A stretch of DNA of 64,000 nucleotides from Ptychomitrium polyphyllum (lineage: Eukaryota): contig OZ316775.1 of NCBI GenBank assembly GCA_973851085.1, positions 13,950,001 through 14,014,000 of the forward strand, read 5' to 3'. The number at the start of each line of letters is the position of its first letter. Within the stretch, counting starts at the first letter, position 1. The position numbers were made by a program, and so were the translations under genes. This document shows positions 41,300 through 55,240 of this stretch, in pieces. The notes below the pieces were generated by a model, which was given only the letters and a program-made list of their open reading frames with translations, made no database searches and had not been told where the DNA came from.

Positions 41300-44200
41300 A
41301 TGCATGAAAAAATGAATGACATACTTTAACTTATTATAATACTTAAAGACATAATAGAAGTACTTACATGGGATCTACTTACTAAACCTTTCTAGGCATG
41401 CCATTTCTCCCTTCTTGAATTTAAAGTAAGTATAAGATGGATACAGACTGAGTGTAACAAGGTAAATTTATTTAGAGTTGGAAACAAGGGTGATGGTGAC
41501 AATATATCCTAGATGGAAGATGGCTATGACAACTGTGATGTAGCAATTATCTACAAAGACAATACTTTTTTATTTTTTTATTTAGAGTGCAGTGAAGTTG
41601 TTATTTGTGTAACAAACCTTCTTGCCATGTTGTTGTATTAAATGTGCCATATGAACTTTAAGAATGCAAAATTTAGACCTAGAAATGGACAAGTTGGAAA
41701 TAGACTTGAGCATCTAATGCAATGATATAACATCACGCTATTGCCATTGGAAGCCGACATCTTTTAAAACAAGTACTTCTTCTTGATTAAAATTGGTTCT
41801 AAATTTCACTAGCCAGGTAATTAGAATGGAGGAAAAGTCAGCAATATAATTGCTACATTTGATTCATTATACGCAACAATGGATATTATTAGGACAAAAA
41901 AAAAATTCTATCCACATATTTTTTTTTAGAATAATAGTCAAATTTATTATCAAAGAACGTGGAATGAGGAATATTGTGGAGGCCCTTGCTTAGGGTGGTC
42001 TCGTAAGGCTTTTTAGTAGTAATTTGCAGTGTTTGGCACGCTTTGAGGGAAGTCTTAGGAAGCCTAGCACTATGCCACTTTTTTGCATTGCAATTTTGTC
42101 TCATAGAGAGCAATGGTGTAAGCAACTCCGTGTAGCAAATTTTGAAGGCATTTGTCAATTTGTGCCTTTGTTGACCTTATGATTGAATAAGGGATGGAAT
42201 AATTTACCTGTATTAATCATATAGGAATTAAACTCTGAATCAAGGGCCATACTCAACTTTTGCTTTGTTGTATTGTAAATGTCAATGCCTTGTAAAAGAA
42301 CTAGATGAGCTGTGAGATTGCCATTGCCAAGAATGGATTCCATGGCCTTTCTAAAGGACCTTGGAATTTTTAATTTGTACAACAACATTTATTTGAGGGA
42401 GGCGTAATTTAGGCCTTTTTTAGAAGAACCACTTTTCATCTAGCTTTGGTAGTTGGTAATTTGAATGAAGACTTGTATCATGTCATAAAGAATAGCTTTG
42501 TAGATACAAGTTATCGTGATTCCAAATTGCATGAGCCACTTATGGTGGACAATCTTTGCAAAGTTGCAAGAGAGCATATTAGTTCTTTGGTCAAGAATGA
42601 GATCTTATAAGAATTTAGGAATCAAGTTACTATAGAAAGAATAACAAAGAAGGTCAGTTTGACATAGTTTGTATGAAGTGAAGTAGAACTTACAAGAATC
42701 ATCTCAGCTTTTCACTACCTATAGCAAATTGAGCCACTTGAAAAGAAGGCCATTTTTTCTTCTGTAGTGGCTCCTAAAGTTGCCCACCAACCTCAAATAG
42801 CATGGTTTTTGACATTAGCCTCCTCTTGAATGCTTGCATCCTTATAGCTTTTGCAAAGTTTTTTAAATTAGAATTATTATGAAAGAATGATATATTTTTA
42901 GAAGTACTTGTCTAAATTTATTTTCCAATAATAGAAATTTGCTCTCCACATTCTAAAGAAATAATAAAATTTTTAAAACCATAGATTTGACAAACAACAA
43001 TCCAATTTGTTTAGGCACTATCTGCCATGGAATTCCAAAATTTGATACAAAAAACTTTAATATTTGCCATGACAAAATTAAAATTCTTCCAAATTTGTCT
43101 TAAACATTGACATCCTTAAATTGCATATTGCAACAAGTAATAGTGAGAACCTTAGAATATTTGTTATTATAGACGTGACATGTCGTGGTGGTCTAATCTT
43201 TGACACGTCTGATATGGTCAAACATTATCCAGGAATCTTCTATATCCTTTGTAATCTGCATGCGCCTCACAAGGTCTATGCTGTTGTTTAAAAAGTCAAT
43301 AGACATCTTAAAAGTGAACACTTTATCTTTGCTCTAGTCTATAAACCTATTGTCATGGACAAATTTGAAGTTGTTGATGGCGTTTAGAGTCACAATGCTA
43401 TCAATGGATTCCATAGTGGGCTTGATGAATTGTTTAGAATCTGCTACAATGTTTTTGCAATTGGAAGAAGGAAGCATAGCAAACTTATTTAGAATTGTCT
43501 CTATATTTTGCTTCTCTCTTGGAATTGGAATTTAGAAGAAGATTTTAGTCAAAAACATTTACTAGCCTGCATTTGGAGGATAGAATCAATAACGTAGGAA
43601 TATTGTAGACCTTTGTTGCCACACATTGGTAGTTGAAGTCTAAGGACTTTTGGCAGATACCAATGCTAACAAAGTGATTGTGGTTGTCAATTTGTACAAA
43701 GGCTTGAGGTGAATCAAGGGCCTTTAAAATAATTACATAATAAGCAATGGCAGATTAAAGTGTCAGGCAAATTGGAGATGTGTAATAGAACTTACATTTT
43801 AAAGTAAAAAACTTGGAAGGTGGAGCATAAACTGTAAACGCCCCAAAAGTCATGCCTAACCATTTGGTGCAGTTATTGAATTTTAAGGCTTCAAATAAGA
43901 TAGTTGCAATTGTCATTTGGACAGTTAAGGTGGCCAATGCACAAGGAGCAATAATAAACAAGGTTGTAGTAATATTAGATCTTGCTAGTATAAATCTTAG
44001 TCCATTAGTGGTGGTCGTAAAGTTTGTCCATCCCATCTACATGGCTATTATAAGGTGACATTGCTAGGCAAGAGAGGTAAGATGAAGATGATGTGGCCAT
44101 TACAATATTGAGGTTGCTGTTGAACTCCCTCAATTTTAACAATATTTAAATTAAGGCTTTTTAGAATTGACCTTGAAAGATAGCAAGTGTAGGTGTTTTT

Positions 44201-44550
44201 TAAAGTCACTAATAAGTCAAGTGAGGATTGTTACAAAAGAGAACTTTCAACATGCAAGTCTACGGATGTTATACGTACATAGATGCAAGAAAAACAATAA
44301 GGTTGCTGAAAGTTGAAGGTGTATATTTGAATGATAGCATAAATATTGTCTATGGTCTACATCATTAATGGTGTTGTCATCAAAGTAGCTTTGAAGTGTA
44401 ATGACCTCTTGACTAGGTTCAATCTTAACCATATTCTTTGGAGTGAAGTATCTTGGTGATATAATACTAGTAGAAGTGAGGGTGGAACTGTTAGTAGAGC
44501 CTAATGGAAATCCAAATACTTTATATTTCCTAGCCAAGAGGGTTTAGATA
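41300..44550 (-). pseudogene. Highly decayed MULE/SWIM-type transposase-like gene
   Basis: Manual minus-strand translations: DGMDKLYDHH*WTK..CIGHLNCPNDNCNYL (~44040-43895), LCKSYKDASIQEEANVKNHAI*GWW (~42860-42780), CNFAKIVHHKWL (~42570-42535), KWHSARLPKTS (~42080). The family call is pattern recall only; many stops; boundaries approximate. Confidence 0.55.
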
Positions 44551-45436
44551 ATAAATAGTTGTAATACTGAATTTGAACTTGAGCTTGACACTGAATAAGT
44601 GATTTTGCACTAAAATCTTTCCGTCATCACCCAGGAGCAAAGATAAAAGAACATAAAAGCCATGAACAAAATGAATAACTATAATGAAGGCAATGCAAAG
44701 CAAATGGAGATATATGAAGCTTAGGTGTATAGTTGTGCAAAACAAATGAAATGTTTAAATAGAGACCTTGAATATAGTCTTAGAAGATTTAAAAAAAAAG
44801 ATGGTTCCTAAACTCCTTCATTGGAAATTAAAAAATGATATAGAATTAATGACAAAAGCAACAACAGAGGGGAAGTTAAACAACAAAAATATGGTTGAAG
44901 ATCATGAGAAGATAAAGATGAAAAACTAAATACATTATAATAATAACATTTACAAAAAAGAAATGGATGAAGCTAATTAAAAGTACATACAAAATTGGAG
45001 TGAAGAAAATTAAGAAGCAATAAAATGAAAAGGGCGTAAAATTAATGGAAACATAATAGTATGTGGCTAATGGATATAAAACCAATAGAAAGAAGAGGTG
45101 ATTGTTATGTGGAAGATATTAAAGTTCACCACATGGAAGAAAAGGATGAATTGTCATGAAGGAGTTTGATGAACCATTGAAATTTGTAAAGTAGACGGTG
45201 GCTAGCAGAAAAGATTTGAAGGTTAAATTTTAAGAAGTGACATGTAAAGAAATACTACTGTCAAGTATTGTGATAATGGCGATCAATAATAGCAAAACAT
45301 TAAATCTTTGCAAAGTCAAAACATATTACTATGAAAAAGAGACATGAATAAAAAATGAAATGATGGTATTAAATCTTTGTAAATAGTGAAGTATTGGTTA
45401 CATATTCAAATGTTGGAATATAGTAGAATAACATTG

Positions 45437-45855
45437 TGTTATGGACATATATAGTAGAAGCATCTAAAAAGGTTCTTAGAAGATTTAGGAAGTTTCTTAG
45501 GAAATTATATGGACTTGGAAAGCTTCCAAAGAAGTTACCTTGACTTAAGAAGCTTTCAAGGAAGGTACTCGGGCTTAGGAAGCTCCCAAGGAAGCAATTT
45601 GAGGTTGCTTGAGTATGAAATAATATAGTAGAAGCTCCTCAAGAAGCTTCCAAGATTTGTAGTCTTAGAATATATAAGAGTCAAGGTTGAAGGAATCTTT
45701 AGTCTTGACAACGCATATATTGTAGTCTAATTTAGACCTTTTGGTTTTATCTTTGTATCTTCTTATAGCTCTTTACTTCTAACATACCTTGAACATATCT
45801 TATTCCACATCCTAGAATCCTAAAGCCTTGTCTTATCATTACTCTGTTTGTAATG
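45437..45855 (+). mobile_element. Solo LTR, gypsy family B
   Basis: Homologous to 51869-52227; TSD CATTG (45432-45436 and 45856-45860); TATA box at ~45671. Confidence 0.85.
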
Positions 45856-47262
45856 CATTGCAGGATTTAGAAAACAAATTTAGGAAGAGAAGATGGAAGA
45901 ATGCCTTTTATTTCTTAAATAAGAGGCAATTGGTTAAATTTTAAATGATAAGAACGGTATCTCAACAAAAAAATTCCAGTATAGATGATACAAGTAGGGC
46001 AGTTATATATGATTACGCAAATGATGATGACATTGCTTACATAAATTTAATGCAATTATATTTTAGCTAAAACTCACTTCCTTTTTATTGTTGCAATTGT
46101 CTTTATCATACAATCTTGCAGTGCATTACATTCTATATTTGTCCTTGTTATCTATCTGCATATCTACCTCCATTGTCAAGTTGCAAATGATGTGCAGCTC
46201 TTTTGTTTTCAAAATCATTTTAGCATCTAAAACAATGTAGAAATATAATTTCTAAGGATTCAACACCTATTAGTACTAAAGTAGTATTTCTATATATTCT
46301 CGCAACTAAAAGCTTCAAAATACATAGGACTAGGAAAAAAACATTGTTGAATGTAAAAGATGTGACCAAGGTGCTCATCTATATTGAGAACTTTAGTATT
46401 TGAGCTTTTAAAACTTGGTGAACCTATAACAAACCTTTATGCAAGTTTCAAAAGGCCACCACTATAAATAGGATAATTAAGGCATGTAAACACTATGTTT
46501 GTATTTTGTTGTGGTTTGCGTCCTAAATAAGGTTACAATACATATTGATGGTGTTGAAATGTGGGAGTGGATGGCCTCTATAATCAAAACAAGGATTCAA
46601 AGAATCAGCGTAGGTCTTTATTGTGGGCCCATTTTTTTTCTATTTTTTTTTGCTTTGGACAATGCTTTTCAATTGAGCTATAATACTTCTTACATTCGAG
46701 CATTGAGATTACCACTGTAGTAGAATAGAAATGTCGTATGTGCAAAAAGAATGAAAAAAACTAGAAAATCTTTAATTGTATAGGTGACCAATGAACATGA
46801 AAAGAATTACTTGAAGCTTGAAGAGAATAATTATAGAAGGGCACAAACACTGGAAGCAATAAAACTTGTAGTACCTCACAATTTCAAATTGTATGATTTA
46901 TTTGTTAATATATATATATAGATGTATATGAAGCGCTTAAAAAATTGCCAAGGTGGATGTGTTTCCAAATGGACATGATTATTACATCATTTTGGCTATG
47001 AATTCAACTTATATAATTTTCATTTCCTAAAGATTAGCAATGGTTGCCACTTCATTATAAAGAACTTTATCAATAAGATGACTTTTGTTTGGATTTCATT
47101 CATCTAAATTAGTTTTTGATTGTTCCTCAAAATAAAAAAACAACCAACTCATTTTTTCAACATTCATTAAGCAATTTAATAATGGCTGAAATTGCCTGGA
47201 AGGACATTTTGACTGACTATATATGCCAACTAAGAGTCTTCATCACTAATGCAGTCTCTATT

Positions 47263-47781
47263 CCTTGGCTTTAATTTTTGTGCTTGTGCCGCCTTTGTCT
47301 CTCCATTCTTGCCGTCTTTGTGAACTCTCGGTCTTCCTGTTCTAGTTTCTTGGCTTTAATTTTTGTGCTTGTGCCGCCTTTGTCTCTCCATTCTTGCCGT
47401 CTTTGTGAACTCTCGGTCTTCCTGTTCTAGTTTCTTGGCTTTAATTTTTGTGCTTGTGCCGCCTTTGTCTCTCCATTCTTGCCGTCTTTGTGAACTCTCG
47501 GTCTTCCCGTTCTAGTTTCTTGGCTTTAATTTTTGTGCTTGTGCCGCCTTTGTCTCTCCATTCTTGCCGTCTTTGTGAACTCTCGGTCTTCCTGTTCTAG
47601 TTTCTTGGCTTTAATTTTTGTGCTTGTGCCGCCTTTGTCTCTCCATTCTTGCCGTCTTTGTGAACTCTCGGTCTTCCTGTTCTAGTTTCTTGGCTTTAAT
47701 TTTTGTGCTTGTGCCGCCTTTGTCTCTCCATTCTTGCCGTCTTTGTGAACTCTCGGTCTTCCCGTTCTAGTTTCTTGGCTT
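47263..47781. repeat. Tandem array, 6 x 85 bp, nearly identical units
   Basis: ggct anchors at 47267, 47352, 47437, 47522, 47607, 47692 and 47777; the only variant seen is cctgt/cccgt. Confidence 0.97.
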
Positions 47782-50700
47782 CTGCCGCCTTCTCAAATCC
47801 CCTGCTTTTGTGGCAGATGAATACCCTTGAAATTGCAATCCGTTCTATAAGTTTTACTGCATCCACCTTCACTGTTAGATCTCCGTACGTATTTATACAA
47901 CTACCCCTCATAACAGCTATAAGTACCTCAACAAATACCACTTTGCTTGATCTGCAAACTTTGCTTTTTCTCCTTGCACCTATTTCTATGCTACATCATT
48001 CTTTATGGTATTTTCGTCCTGCTGCTTCATTCCCCACTTCTCCTTTAAGTTTGCTTTCTAAGTTGCACATTGCGTTCACTTCCAATTTTAAACTGTGCAA
48101 TGGCTGATGTGTGTGAGGTACGAGGTTTCTTTCATTTCTGTCATATATTGTTGATTGACTACTTTCGATTTTGGTAGTCAAAATTTTCATATTTGTATGT
48201 TAAAAATGTGTTCAACAAAGATGAAGAAATAACTTGCATTCTTATAAGTCATTAAGATTCTATAATTTATTTTGTCATGTGCTTAAGTTTGCCTCAAGGT
48301 CAACAAAGGTCATCATTAAATGTTAGAATTTTATAGAATTAGGCATATTCAAATCTTCAATATTAGTAGATTTTTGGAGTTGGCACTATTGAAAATCATC
48401 AACTAATATAGATATCAAAAAGTTCTTAAAGATTTCAATTCTATGCATATTATAGATTTTATTGTATAATTTTATTCCTCTTTCCTTGGCTAATTGCCTA
48501 TACTTTTCCAAAATTCAAAGTCTACAAACATCATAAGTTTTATGTTAAAAAATTGGTGAATTAAAGTGCTGAAGTAGATAATAATGACCTTCGAAGGCAC
48601 GATTACAATTTAGAAGAATCTTTTTTTACTTTCATCAAAAAGTGTTTAGCGCAAAACAATCTTTTTCAAAGCATAGCAGTATTCATAATCTACCATTGTT
48701 GTAGATTACAAATTTGATGAATATTGTAGCATTTAGCTTTTGTAGATATCCAAGTCAAATGAAGGCCAAGAGAAGAGTTTTAAAGAATCTGTTTATTGTT
48801 TCAACAGTAACTATTTGGCGCTAAATGCTCTTATTTAGAGTTTAACATTGTTAAGAGTTTAAAGGAATCGTAAATTTGTTGTCAAAAAAGTGTTGGAATG
48901 TTTAGCCGTAGTACATATCAAAGACTTCAAGAAGTTGACAATTCAATTTTTAGCAACTTATTCTCAAATTTAAAAGAGAAGGTTTGGCGCCAAATACTCT
49001 TTTTTATATATTTTTTAATCTTAATTCTAAAGTTTGTGTGGTATTTGAGGTCTAAATAAATGGTATTTCCTTAACTAGAGTAAAATGTGTAGTATTTAAA
49101 AGTCAATTTTGATCTATAGAGATGAAGGTTTGGTACCAAATACTCTTTATAAAAATTTGATTTACTATTCAAATTGCAATTTTTGCAAGTTAATTTGTTC
49201 ATAATGTTATAAAATGATAGAATAAATATAATTCAGCCTCAAAACTTCACTATTAGTCTTTTCTTTGATCATTGATTCAAGCATAAAAATGTAGGTTTGG
49301 TGCTAAATCCACTTTCTCAAAGTTTCTTATATTCATTCTACACTTATGCATTTTGTCTAAATTTTCAAAATGCAATAGATGCCTTTGATCAATTCTAGTA
49401 CTAAGTCAAAAGACTCAACAATTTAAATCAATTTTGAACAACAAACACATTTTCAATGGCCATTTCTATGTTCCTTTAAATAGGATGATTCTTCTTCTAT
49501 AAATGGTTCCTATTTTAGAGGTGGATGTCCAATTTTTGGAAAGCACTTCAATGATGGATACTGAATGGAAATAGGTCATTATATATCTCAATTTACATTA
49601 ATATGGTGAATTTAACCGCAATAATTGATGAACACAAGTTTATGTAAAATGAACACTTGCGAGCCATCTCCTCTGAATTTGGAAAGCTACTAGGTTCTGA
49701 TTTGAAGTATAGCAGTTTTTATAAAAAGATGTTTTACATTTGGAAAGGCAACTATTGCTTCACAGCTGAATGGACGATTATTTGCAATGACCATTCAAAT
49801 GAGCAGCCTGAATACCATCTAATCTTGTATATTGTTGTGGATTCAAAAGATACATTGATGGCACTTCTTAATTACATGTACATTGTGAACTCATAAAGTT
49901 TGGCCTATTTTTAGTTTCTTGCAATTTTTTTAAATTTATCTTCTTTTTATATATAAGACTTATTTCTTTACACGTCCACTTTGCGTAACCATGTCAAAAT
50001 TGATCTTCTTGCAAAACTCCAACAAATTTGATAAGATAGCAATCTAAAGTTGGAAGATTTTAAAAACCTCATTTTAATGTAAGAACTTTAAAACTTGTTA
50101 GAAAGTCAAATAAAATAGACCAATATTGTTTCCTTTGATGATTAGCATTTTCATTGCATTGTTGTATTAGGTGAGTATTTGTTTATGTTTACAATGTTTT
50201 TTTTTTTTGAACTTATTATTTTTATGTGTTGCTTATTTTATTTATTGTGCTTTTTGCATGGATTCTACATTATAGCAAGACATTTCATAGGCTTCCAATG
50301 ACGCTGCCCTAGAGTACCAAGAAAAAAAACCACGGAAAGAAAAATTTGCGAAGGGAGTTTGGCAAGTAATGACAACTACCGCCGAGAAGGCTATCAAGTA
50401 CATTAAAGCAAAGGACTTCTTTAAGTACCTTGCAGTGGACAACCTAAAAAAAAAAAGACTTCTTTTTTGAGATATATTACTTTTTTTTTCTAATTGGTGG
50501 TATATTTTTCATATTTTTTTAATGCTTTTCTCTTATTTCTTTTTGTGTTGTGGATTAATCATTAATTTAATCATTTTAAGATGCCGGAAATATCAATTGA
50601 AAAACTATAAGAAATGGCCACTTTTGGAATGAAAGCAGAATATAAAGCCAAATGGCTACATTGATAGAACTTTAGCTCCATGCTTTGAGCGGCATCACAT

Positions 50701-53643
50701 TTTCTAATTGGTTATGTTAAAAAAGTATTTTGGATGCTTGATTGAGAAAAGCATCTTTATGAGCCTAAATAATTATACTTATTAACTTCTTCAAATACTT
50801 TTTCTAATTTTTCAATTTTAAATTTTGATTTTTTTTCTTTTCATTTGAAAGAGCATGTTTTCAACAACTTCAAAAAGGCCAATGATGGGATCCTTGCCAT
50901 TAATTGGGCGACTTCCCAAGGACTTTTGAAGCCAACTGACTAAGTGAAGAAGTGATGAATTTTGCTTTAAAAGAAGGTCTTTCAATCCTTCCTTCATGAC
51001 AACATTGAGTTGGTGTTTTTTAAAAGCTCCATCTTCAAAGACTTCCTCAATGCTAATTTGGCTAACAAAAAAATAATTTATAGATTACTTTTTTTTAACT
51101 CATTTTTATTATTTCTACATCTTTAGTTTGGATTTTTGTAGAGTTTTTTTATTCAAAATGTATTTTCTTTCTTTTGTTGATATTTCATGTGCAAGCTTAT
51201 AAAAAAGAGTGCACTTGCTTATCACAACTTGCCACCATTTTTTATTGTGTAGATGCAAACCACCTCCAATATGTGCATCTTTAATGCCAATAAGTTGAAG
51301 CGGTAAGGTGGTATCTAAAGTGCCTATTAAATTTCATCTTTGCTGAAGAGATTAGCTTGTGTTGTTTGCTTGATGGTAATGCCCCTATTGTCATATATTC
51401 TAACGCTACAATTGATGACCTTTTTTTTGAGGCGCCACTCTATAAACTCTCTGAAAGCGGTTCTTTTTTTTAGAAGAAGAAATAGGTTTTTAAAGAAATG
51501 TTCATACTTGATTTCATTGATATAATTTTCAACTTTCCATTCTTGTTTTTGATTAGCAGTCTTTACGCTTTTGGATTCAATTTTTTATTTGCAATGAGCC
51601 AATTTTTTTGCAATTTATTTTGAAGGAGCATTTTAACTCCATAAATGAAATTTTAGGGCTTAAATAAGAATGATATTTTATTTGATATAATCACTTTTTC
51701 AAGCCATCTCATGTTTAATACTATGCCATGGCAAGACGCTTGTAATAAAGATCTAATGTTCATAAAAAAACTCATTGAGTGCTTTTCCAAACCCAATGAT
51801 ATAGACCTTGATTGGAAGGCCTCCGCAAGTGCATTTCTAGACATTTTTTAATTTTTTTTCCTTCCTTATGTCACAGACATATATATTAGACGCATCTAGA
51901 AAGGTTCTTAGAAGGTTTAAGAAACTTCCAAAGAAGTTACCTTGGCTTTGGAAGCTTCCAAGGAAATAATTTAAAGTTGCTTGAGTACAAAGCAATGTAG
52001 AAAAAGCCTTCCAAAAAACTTTCAAGGCTTGTAATTCTAGTATATATAAGAGTTGAGGCTAAAAGAATCTTTAGTTTCAACAACGCATCTCTTGTGGTCA
52101 AGCTTAGACTTTTTGGCCTTGTTTTTGTACCATGTTATAGTTCTTCATCTCTATTATAAATTGGACATATCTTGTTCCACATCATGGAATCCTAAAGCCT
52201 TGTCTTGTAGTTATTTAGTCCGTAATAGTTTGTCAAGGCTGTCATACAACAATTTGCGGATTACCCTCCTTTAGCCTAATATTGCCTCTTGAAATTTCTT
52301 TTGTTTCTTGCGTATTTGGCAATTTTTATTTGTTCTCATTTCATTTCTATACGAAGAGTTGAAGAAGTTAATATGACTGATTTAAAAGAAACCAAGTTAA
52401 ATTCCATTATCAATGCCTTTGAAGCATTGAGGATTAAAACCGAGATTTTATTCAAGGAAAATGAAAAATTGTACTTGACCATACAAAATGATCAAGGAAC
52501 AAAAGTATCACAATTGCTATTCCAAGTCAACTTAGGTGCTTCATTATTTAGACTTCATTTAATAGAAGGCAGATAAGTTCAAGTTGGGAATTCAATGTCA
52601 ATAACCAAAGAACCAAGAATCAATCTTTCAAAAAACTTTAATAATGCACGTTCAAAATTTCAAGGCTTTATAAACCAAATTCAACTTATTACTTTGCTTC
52701 AACCTTGATGGTATTCTACAAATGCTTTACGCATTGGATTGATAGGAACATTGCTCTCAGGACAAATACTGTCTTGGTTTGCATCACTTTTTTAGAAGAA
52801 TTCTCCCATACCTAGCAACTTTGATGTGTTCTTAGCCGCATTTGCAAAAGCATTTGGTGACCATGACAAGCTCCGTTTTGCAACTATTAAAATTTGTACC
52901 TTGCGCCAAGGGCAATGTTCTCTATCAACTTATGCATTGGAATTTTGACAACTTCCATGCAATATTAATTGAGGAAAGAAGCGCTAATGGCTCAATTTCA
53001 TTGGAGCATATGTGACAAGGTTAAGGATTTATTGCTATCCATGCTAGATCTCCAAATACTTGATGAGGCCACCAGCCAAGCTTTGAAGTGCAATAATTGT
53101 CTATTTCAACGTAGACAAGATAAATAGACTTTTACTACACCTCGGCTTTATATCAATTTTTTAGTAATTTTGGCCCCATCTACTTCTAACAAGTATTTGG
53201 AAGTGGAAGCCATGTAAATTGATGTAATTTGCTTCAAGCCCTTTATTGAACATGAGAAAAAGCAATGAAAGGAGCAAGGATTGTATTTGTATTGTAAAAA
53301 ACCTGATCATAAAATTGATAACTACTCAAAAAAACCTCTTTGTATATATAGGATGACACGTATAACCACAACACCAAATACTTTGCAAGAAAACAAGGAC
53401 GTCTAGCTAGAATAAAGGCTGTACAAGTAGATCCGCTTCTTTTGCAAGAAAAAAAAGGTCTTGTTCTATGAGCTCACTTTTCCTCTTGTTTATAAAACAT
53501 ATTCATTTAAATACTCAAAAATTTAGAAACCTTGCTCTAATAGATTTGGGAGCTTTTGCTTGCTTTATTGATGAAGAATTTTTGAAAATCCATAAGTTTT
53601 TTTTATTAAAAAACTCAAAACCATCCATATAGAGGTTATAAAT

Positions 53644-54805
53644 TGTCGCGCACCTCTCCTTGAGGAGTGCCCACAACACTAAGGGCACAAGGGGGACCCC
53701 GGAGTGACATTTAGGATTTGTGGCGCCGATAGTGAAAGGAACCGAGTGAACCTAGCGTGGAAAGGACCCCTAAGGGGAGAAACATCCTTGCCCATGTAGA
53801 TCGAGGGCCACAAAGAATAATTTGTAAGCATTGGAGGAATCACAAAGAGCTGATTCTAAAATGCTAAAGATTGCTCAAATCGGACAAGGGAGCTAAAAGA
53901 TATGGCATCCCAAAGTTGGGGCTGCCAAGGGGCTATTGTGGACTGTGGCAGCCCTAGACAGTGATTGTACTGCACTAAGACAGTTAGGGAGAGACTCCTT
54001 GGGAGTCCCGAACCTTGGAAGATGTATATCTTCTAGAATGCTAACTCAAATTGGACGTTTGAAGAGTCTATCGGCATACACGTGAAGAGTAGATGATGAT
54101 AGAGTGGTCGCTTGATAGATTTGGGCATTAGACTTAGAAGATAGGGCTCCCTGAAGGTCTGCAGGGAATTCCGGAGGCTTCTTGCGGCTAAGTCCCAAGG
54201 GAGATCGGGTGGTCTTCCAAAAGTTTGGATGTATCGAGGTTCAGCCAGCTATAGAGGGCCAGGGGGCCTGCCAAATCCCACAGAGAGTACTATAGGGGAA
54301 GGCTGGTCCTCCTTCCCACTCCCTTAGTGTCCCGATAGGAACCAAGGGTGAATTCCGGTTAGTGGAGCTCGCGTTGGGGCTTCACCACGGGGACTCCCAC
54401 ACCATTGTGAGCCGGTGGACGACCGGTTTCACAAAGGAAACTAGTGAGATCAAGAAGGCACACTTGTTACCACTAAGTTGAGGTGGTGTCTTCACATCGG
54501 CACCATAATGGCCCGGGGTGATCTTAGGATCACATGGAGATCATAAGTGATAGTGAGGAGATACCACTAAGTGCGGTTTGGCCGTGTGGAATGGGAGTAA
54601 CACGAAATGAGGCCTTGGACATGAATGAAAGTCCACACCTAACCATTGACTACCAATTAATTAGGTGTCCTAAGAAATAGTAAAGGAAATTGGAAACCAA
54701 GCTTGGGACTTGGAGAGTGAAAATGGAAGTTAACCATGTGCATGTGGGGGTGTACAAGGTTGATGCGCGTGACGTTTGTTAAGGTGCACAATGAGGGTTG
54801 CAACA
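53644..54805 (+). mobile_element. Family C element copy 4 (in the protease region)
   Basis: tgtcgcg...tgcaaca termini; perfect TSD TAAAT. Confidence 0.92.
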
Positions 54806-55240
54806 TAAATGATCAACCGTTATTTTTTGGAGATATTATTCATGAGACCAATCCTTATATAGTAACATTAAACAACCATAGTAGTTAAATGATATTTAAT
54901 ATCATTAGATCTCCATCAAGTCCCATTATTCTAGGGCTTTTTTGGCTCAAAAAATACAACCTGCAAATAGATTGAGTATCCCGTAAACTAAAATTTCTAA
55001 TACTAAAACCTATAACTATTAAGCCTACAAATGAAATTGAATCATATTACAGATTTAAGACCATAAAGCTTTTTTTTATTGGTGCTATAATATTTAGTAG
55101 AACAGCAAAGATTGGTGCTTTTTTTGCTATATATGCAACTCTAGCATCCAAAGTTGTGGCTTCATCCTTAATCATTCTAGAAATGTATAAAGAATTCAAT
55201 AATATATTTGTAAAGAAGAATGCAGACTATCTACCAGAAC

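Noticed and set aside
47263..47781. CRISPR-like array
   Set aside because: Units are contiguous and identical with no unique spacers; no cas genes; eukaryotic context.
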